49,427 nt of DNA from Lawsonibacter sp. (GTDB taxonomy: Bacteria > Bacillota > Clostridia > Oscillospirales > Oscillospiraceae): the NCBI GenBank assembly GCA_022791075.1, contig JAAVYL010000071.1, positions 1-49,427 of the forward strand, written 5' to 3'. Below are positions 45,061 through 49,427 of the stretch, piece by piece. Each line of letters begins with the position of its first letter. The stretch's first letter is position 1. The translations under genes were made by a program, and so were the position numbers. Under the pieces are notes generated by a model. That model was not told the DNA's origin, did no database searches, and saw only the letters and a program-made list of their open reading frames with translations.

Positions 45061-46140
45061 TTATCCGTTGTAATAGTCGATTTTCGGCATATGCTTGCTG
45101 CCGAGGATCCTGTGGAACTGAGGGTAGCGGGACTGCTCCGGACGCCGGCCGCGCAACAGTGTGGCATCGTTGGACAGCCACTGCAGCGGCAGCGGGTAGT
45201 AAAGCGGAGACAGCAGTCCGTCTTCCGCCGCCGGCAGCGGGAGGAAGGAACAGGTGAACTCCATTTGCTCCGGCAGACGCTCGTCCCCAATCACCAGCGC
45301 ATGTCCGGAATGCTCCTGGACAAAGCTGACCAGTCTCAGGGCCCGGTCAAGCCCAGGCCCCCGGTCCAACAGGAAAATCAGGTGAGAGTCCTGCTCCAGA
45401 CAGTGGTAGGGACCGTGCATATACTCCTCCACATCGTAGACCTCCACAGGGATCCGGACTCCCTCCAGCATTTTCAGTCCGCCCTCCTTGGCCGCCGCAG
45501 ACAGCGGTCCCCCGCCTAAAATGGTAACCGAGCGGGCTGTGCGGTACTCCTCCGCCAGCGGTTCAATCACAGCGGCGGTCCTTGTCAAGGTCTCTGCCAT
45601 CATCTCCGGGACCATAGACAGGTCCAAAGCTTCCCCGCCCAGCCACGCGGCACAGAGATACAGCATCGCCATGGTTGAGGTGAAGCCCTTGGTCTTGGCC
45701 CCCACCAGCTCCAGACCCGTGCAGGTATCCAGGACCCCATGGGCGCTGGCTGCGCCGGGATTGTCTGGCTCGGCTGTGACAAAGACGGTCCTGGCCCCCA
45801 GCCTTCTGCTCAGCTCCACACAGCTGATGGTCCCAATGCTGCGGGCGGTCTGGGAGATTCCCAGCACCAGTGTTGTATCGTCTATCCGGCTGTGCGGGCC
45901 ATAATTTAAAAACTCAAAAGGGGTAAACAGCTGGACTTCCGCTTTTGTCCATCGCAGCATGGCATATTTTGCCGCCATCGCCGCATGGAGCGAGGTGCCG
46001 GAGCCCACCAGAAATATCCTGCTGAAGGGCCCGCGCCCCACCTTCGATTCCAAAATTTCCATCTGCCGTGGCGCGCCTGCAATCACATCCCGCAGGGTCT
46101 GCGGCTGCTCCAGAATGCACTGCTTCATCGTATGCTTCAT
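45061..46140 (-). CDS. Double-SIS-domain sugar-phosphate enzyme (GlmS C-terminal/FrlB/AgaS-like)
   Basis: M...I.EQP, GSGTSLHA, ISQT, TKGF, AKEGGLKMLE and EEYMHGP; no glutaminase domain. Confidence 0.88.
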   Translation of the reverse strand: MKHTMKQCILEQPQTLRDVIAGAPRQMEILESKVGRGPFSRIFLVGSGTSLHAAMAAKYAMLRWTKAEVQLFTPFEFLNYGPHSRIDDTTLVLGISQTARSIGTISCVELSRRLGARTVFVTAEPDNPGAASAHGVLDTCTGLELVGAKTKGFTSTMAMLYLCAAWLGGEALDLSMVPEMMAETLTRTAAVIEPLAEEYRTARSVTILGGGPLSAAAKEGGLKMLEGVRIPVEVYDVEEYMHGPYHCLEQDSHLIFLLDRGPGLDRALRLVSFVQEHSGHALVIGDERLPEQMEFTCSFLPLPAAEDGLLSPLYYPLPLQWLSNDATLLRGRRPEQSRYPQFHRILGSKHMPKIDYYNG

Positions 46141-46154
46141 AAAAACGTTCCTCT

Positions 46155-47297
46155 TTATTTCTGCACTTGGATATCCTGCTGTTCGATCAGACAGGAGGCG
46201 TAGTTAATCGCCCCCAGCGCCCCAGCCCTGATTCCCAGGCTGGCAAGACATACATCAGCCTGAATGGGCGTCATCCTCGCCACCTCGCTCTGAATACGGT
46301 GGATCACCTCTCCGATGGAGTCCGACACACCTCCGCCAATGACAATTTTGCTTGGATTCAGCAGGCTGATACAGTTTGCGATAGAGACAGAGATATCCAG
46401 AACAAACCGGTCGATAATCTCCTTCGAGCGGCTGTCCCCCTGGCGGTAAGCGCGGAACAGCTCCTCTGCGGAACACCCATGTCCATCCAGAGCCGTTCCC
46501 GAGCACTTCTGCTCCAGGATTCCTTGAACGCCCAAATGATTCACATTCCCCTGCTCCACATCCCGGCTCTCCAGGAAATAGCCTATTTCACCGGACCGGC
46601 CCTGAACCCCTAAAACAAGTCTTCCATTGCACACAAGCGCGCTGCCGATCCCGGTGCCTAGTGAGAGAAAGAGCATATCGTCCACCTGCTCACCCGACCC
46701 CAGCCAGCGTTCGCCCAGCGCCGCTAAGTTAACGTCATTTCCCACAAAGACCGGGAAGGAAAATTCTTTATTCATCACCTGCTGGAGAGGTACATTTTTC
46801 CACTGCAGAGCCTTGGCCCGAACCACCATGCCGTCCCCCAGCACGGTTCCGGGAACTCCAATCCCCATCCCGAAGATGTCCTTTTCCTCCAGGCTGCAGG
46901 CCGCCATGGCCTGTCTCACCGTGTCCACCAGGTCCTCTATGCGGCTGCTGGTCGGCACCTTTTTTTCATAGAGAATGTCCCCAACCAGGTCTGTAATAAT
47001 CAGCAGCAGCTTTGTACCGCCGATATCCACCCCAATACAGTACGCAGATTTTGGATTAAACACCAGCATTGTGGATGGGCGGCCCACACCGCCGTCCCGA
47101 CAGCTGTCATACTCCATAATCAGTTTTTTCTGGATCAGCTCGTCTGCAATCGCACTGACTGTGGCCTTACTGAGGCTGAGACGCTTTGCCACCTGTGAAC
47201 GACTGATCGGCTGTTCACTTTTGATTGTGCTCAAGACCATAGAACGGTTGATTCTCCGAATCAGCTCCAGATGCCCAAGATTTGTCGATTTAGCCAT
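46155..47297 (-). CDS. ROK family transcriptional regulator (NagC/XylR-like)
   Basis: HTH ISRSQVA..L.LSKATVS, GVGRP, GVDIGGT, NDVNLAALGE, GTGIG and SGEIGY. Confidence 0.92.
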   Translation of the reverse strand: MAKSTNLGHLELIRRINRSMVLSTIKSEQPISRSQVAKRLSLSKATVSAIADELIQKKLIMEYDSCRDGGVGRPSTMLVFNPKSAYCIGVDIGGTKLLLIITDLVGDILYEKKVPTSSRIEDLVDTVRQAMAACSLEEKDIFGMGIGVPGTVLGDGMVVRAKALQWKNVPLQQVMNKEFSFPVFVGNDVNLAALGERWLGSGEQVDDMLFLSLGTGIGSALVCNGRLVLGVQGRSGEIGYFLESRDVEQGNVNHLGVQGILEQKCSGTALDGHGCSAEELFRAYRQGDSRSKEIIDRFVLDISVSIANCISLLNPSKIVIGGGVSDSIGEVIHRIQSEVARMTPIQADVCLASLGIRAGALGAINYASCLIEQQDIQVQK

Positions 47298-47320
47298 AAC
47301 AGCACTCCTGCTCCTCACAG

Positions 47321-47349
47321 TTATTTTGTTCACTAAACGAACTAATTAA
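47321..47349. promoter_or_regulatory. ROK (XylR-like) operator candidate
   Basis: TTATTTTGTTC-actaaac-GAACTAATTAA imperfect palindrome just upstream of the ROK gene RBS. Confidence 0.5.
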
Positions 47350-47563
47350 ATAAAAATAATCCCCCTGGCAGGATCGTAACACCATAAGCCTTACTTGCAC
47401 CTAGGGTAGCACTACATTACATAAAAATCAAGTCGAATAACGACAAAAAATTGCACAAAATTTCCTCCCTAAATTTTATATCCACTTAAAACACAAAATT
47501 TAAGGCAGATCTTTGTGTAATTTACCATCCCTTCGCGCTGCTTTTCCCCTCGGCATTCTGGAC

Positions 47564-47592
47564 TTGCAAAATATAATCAGGTGTGCTAAAAT
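47564..47592 (+). promoter_or_regulatory. Promoter for the TetR gene
   Basis: TTGCAA-N17-TAAAAT with extended -10 TG. Confidence 0.55.
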
Positions 47593-47635
47593 AAGGTCGG
47601 TTTTTTGGATTTGTCTTTATGACTGGGGGGATAGA

Positions 47636-48253
47636 ATGCCAAAGGTGGCCTATTCTGAAGAAGACCGGGAACATATCAGAACCGCGCTTATTTCCGCCGG
47701 TCTTGAGCTGATGGTAAAGCAAGGTATACAGCATACAACTGTTGAACAGATCTATAAAAAGGTCGGCATTTCCCGGACATTTTTCTACTCCTTTTTTCCG
47801 ACGAAGGAAGCCCTGATTGTTGAAGCTCTGTATTTACAGCAGCCGAGGATTCTTGAATACGTTCAGAGATTGATGTCTGACTCCGCTTTAAGCTGGCGCG
47901 ATGCGGTAAAACAATTTCTCCATTCCTGCTGTTATGGTGAAAGGTTTGGTATTGCTGTCCTGTCAATCGAAGAACAGCAGCTTATTTTCAAACGCCTGTC
48001 AAAGGAAAGCTATCAGACGTTCCGTAATAAGCAAATCCGTCTGTTCAGCCAGATCTTAGAGGGCTTTGGGATAGAGGCGAACAGAGACAGGGTTAATCTG
48101 TTTACAAACCTGAGCTTGACCGTGATGATTGTACGCAGAGCAATTCCCGATACTCTTCCGCTGTTTGTTCCAGAAGCTGCCGACGAAACGATAGAGTTTC
48201 AGATTAACGCGATTGTGGATGCTCTGGAGCGGTTAAGGGTAAAAGTGCCTTAG
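47636..48253 (+). CDS. TetR/AcrR family transcriptional regulator
   Basis: ELM..QGI..TTVEQI...VGISR.FFY.FF.TKE.L HTH. Confidence 0.9.
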   Translation: MPKVAYSEEDREHIRTALISAGLELMVKQGIQHTTVEQIYKKVGISRTFFYSFFPTKEALIVEALYLQQPRILEYVQRLMSDSALSWRDAVKQFLHSCCYGERFGIAVLSIEEQQLIFKRLSKESYQTFRNKQIRLFSQILEGFGIEANRDRVNLFTNLSLTVMIVRRAIPDTLPLFVPEAADETIEFQINAIVDALERLRVKVP

Positions 48254-48271
48254 CGGAAGAGAGCTGTGAGG

Positions 48272-48315
48272 TCCGCCCGAATATTATGTTTTGCCGTGGT
48301 ATTCGGGCGGATTTT
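48272..48315 (+). terminator. Intrinsic terminator after TetR
   Basis: TCCGCCCGAATA...TATTCGGGCGGA-TTTT. Confidence 0.75.
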
Positions 48316-48436
48316 CTCCCCATAAATAAAGACAAATTCTAAAAACCATTTTTATTTGCCGCGCCGGGCCGCATTGATACATTGTATCAACAAATTGAAT
48401 TCCAGACAAATTATGATTGAATCAGGAGGAAAAGAC

Positions 48437-48922
48437 ATGGGATTGTTCAGTAAGCTTTTTAAAGGGCCGGAGATTGACATGGAAAAAAGCGCCGAAAACG
48501 CAAAGAAAATGCGGGTGCTGTTTAATCAGGCCGTGGATGACGGTGACAACTACAGGCTGATTTTCGGCTACACAGAAGATGTAAGCCGGTTCAACTACGG
48601 GTTTGTCCATGGCAGTAAAACAAAAATCGGAAATTTGATTGTCGGCTGGAACGAAGCCAGTCTGACGGTTGTGGTTGTTCCAACCGTTCCCGACCTCTCC
48701 GGCTGCGGCTGCCCAACCTATTACCGGCGGACAGAAATCTTGAAGGCCTACAGGAACAAATATCCTACAGACGCCTTTATCATTTACCCGGACAAAAAAG
48801 GCTACATCGGCATCAACGCCTATGATTGGCTGGAGGATGAAACACTGTATGTTTATGTATCACAGGACGAGGAATTAGCTGCTTTTACAGAATTCTTTAT
48901 GAAAAAATTTGCGACGAAATAA
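48437..48922 (+). CDS. Hypothetical protein (161 aa)
   Basis: Strong RBS AGGAGG; MGLFSKLFKG start; no motif recognised. Confidence 0.75.
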   Translation: MGLFSKLFKGPEIDMEKSAENAKKMRVLFNQAVDDGDNYRLIFGYTEDVSRFNYGFVHGSKTKIGNLIVGWNEASLTVVVVPTVPDLSGCGCPTYYRRTEILKAYRNKYPTDAFIIYPDKKGYIGINAYDWLEDETLYVYVSQDEELAAFTEFFMKKFATK

Positions 48923-48972
48923 GACCAGTCCCCCCCGCCGAAGCCCAGCGGCTTCGATGCGGAGCGGGGCAT

Positions 48973-49010
48973 AAAAAAACCGCCGGGGCAAGGCGAACCT
49001 TGCTCCGGCG
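48973..49010 (-). terminator. Terminator of the tRNA cluster
   Basis: Minus strand CGCCGGAGCAAGG-ttcg-CCTTGCCCCGGCG-GTTTTTTT, directly after the tRNA-Lys CCA. Confidence 0.8.
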
Positions 49011-49086
49011 TGGTGACCCGTCGGGGACTCGAACCCCGGACCCACGGCTTAAAAGGCAGTTGCTCTACCAACTGAGCTAACGGGTC
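49011..49086 (-). tRNA. tRNA-Lys (UUU)
   Basis: GACCCGT acceptor stem, D arm AGCTCAGTTGGTAGAGC, anticodon loop CTTTTAA, T arm GGTTCGAGTCC, encoded CCA; 76 nt. Confidence 0.95.
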
Positions 49087-49218
49087 ATATAGCAATTCAG
49101 GCCGCCGAAAGCGGCCCCCAAAACGGAACCTGGAGCGGTTCCGTCTTGGCGATGGGAGGTAAGGGGGCAGCACGTGGAACACCTTGTATTCCAAGCAAAG
49201 CGGACTTTGCCTCGACGC

Positions 49219-49292
49219 TGGCAGGGATGGCTGGACTCGAACCAGCGATGAGGGAGTCAAAGTCCCTTGCCTTGCCGCTTGGCTACACCCCT
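49219..49292 (-). tRNA. tRNA-Gln (UUG)
   Basis: AGGGGTG/CATCCCT acceptor stem, GCCAAGCGGCAAGGC D arm, loop CTTTGAC, GGTTCGAGTCC, CCA. Confidence 0.95.
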
Positions 49293-49353
49293 ATATCCGT
49301 GAGCGGAAAAGCGCAGGCCGGAGCAGAAGCTCCGGCCCTGCCGCCTTAACGTG

Positions 49354-49427
<74 letters not shown>

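Noticed and set aside
47400-49086. tRNA-Lys-anchored genomic island (lower-GC TetR and hypothetical gene next to the tRNA 3' end)
   Set aside because: No integrase, and I noticed no duplicated tRNA 3' end in the window. An exact-match search of the genome for the tRNA 3' 20-mer would settle it.

Overview
Chromosomal window from a high-GC anaerobic Firmicute; the gene set and codon style suggest an Oscillospiraceae-like gut bacterium (inference). Left to right: (1) a truncated ECF sigma factor, an unexplained ~290-nt GC-rich hairpin-dense intergenic element, and a 38-codon internally deleted alpha/beta-hydrolase remnant; (2) a signalling cassette with a receiver protein, an HK-REC-Hpt and an HK-REC-DegV hybrid kinase, divergent from an orphan sugar-binding lipoprotein plus MCP; (3) a compact phage-derived cassette (BppU-like protein, two small adaptor-like ORFs, BspA/DUF285 LRR protein, holin, amidase) with no integrase, capsid or terminase, whose consecutive proteins repeat C-/N-terminal motif pairs; (4) sdaAB-sdaAA; (5) a FecCD-type ABC importer with NTPase and methyltransferase, a ModE-like palindrome and a ModE-XdhC fusion ORF; (6) araD and a PLP Ser/Thr dehydratase; (7) an IclR-centred catabolic island (tandem nitrilase, NCS1 permease, DUF917 / AroM, M29 peptidase, hydantoin racemase); (8) PfkB kinase, low-GC VanZ, RidA, Cof HAD and a FeoA-FeoB fusion; (9) a ROK-SIS-hydantoinase/oxoprolinase A/B-sugar ABC operon; (10) TetR, a hypothetical gene and tRNA-Lys, -Gln and -His. 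No CRISPR array, transposase or integrase was seen. All calls come from motifs read by eye; no searches were run.
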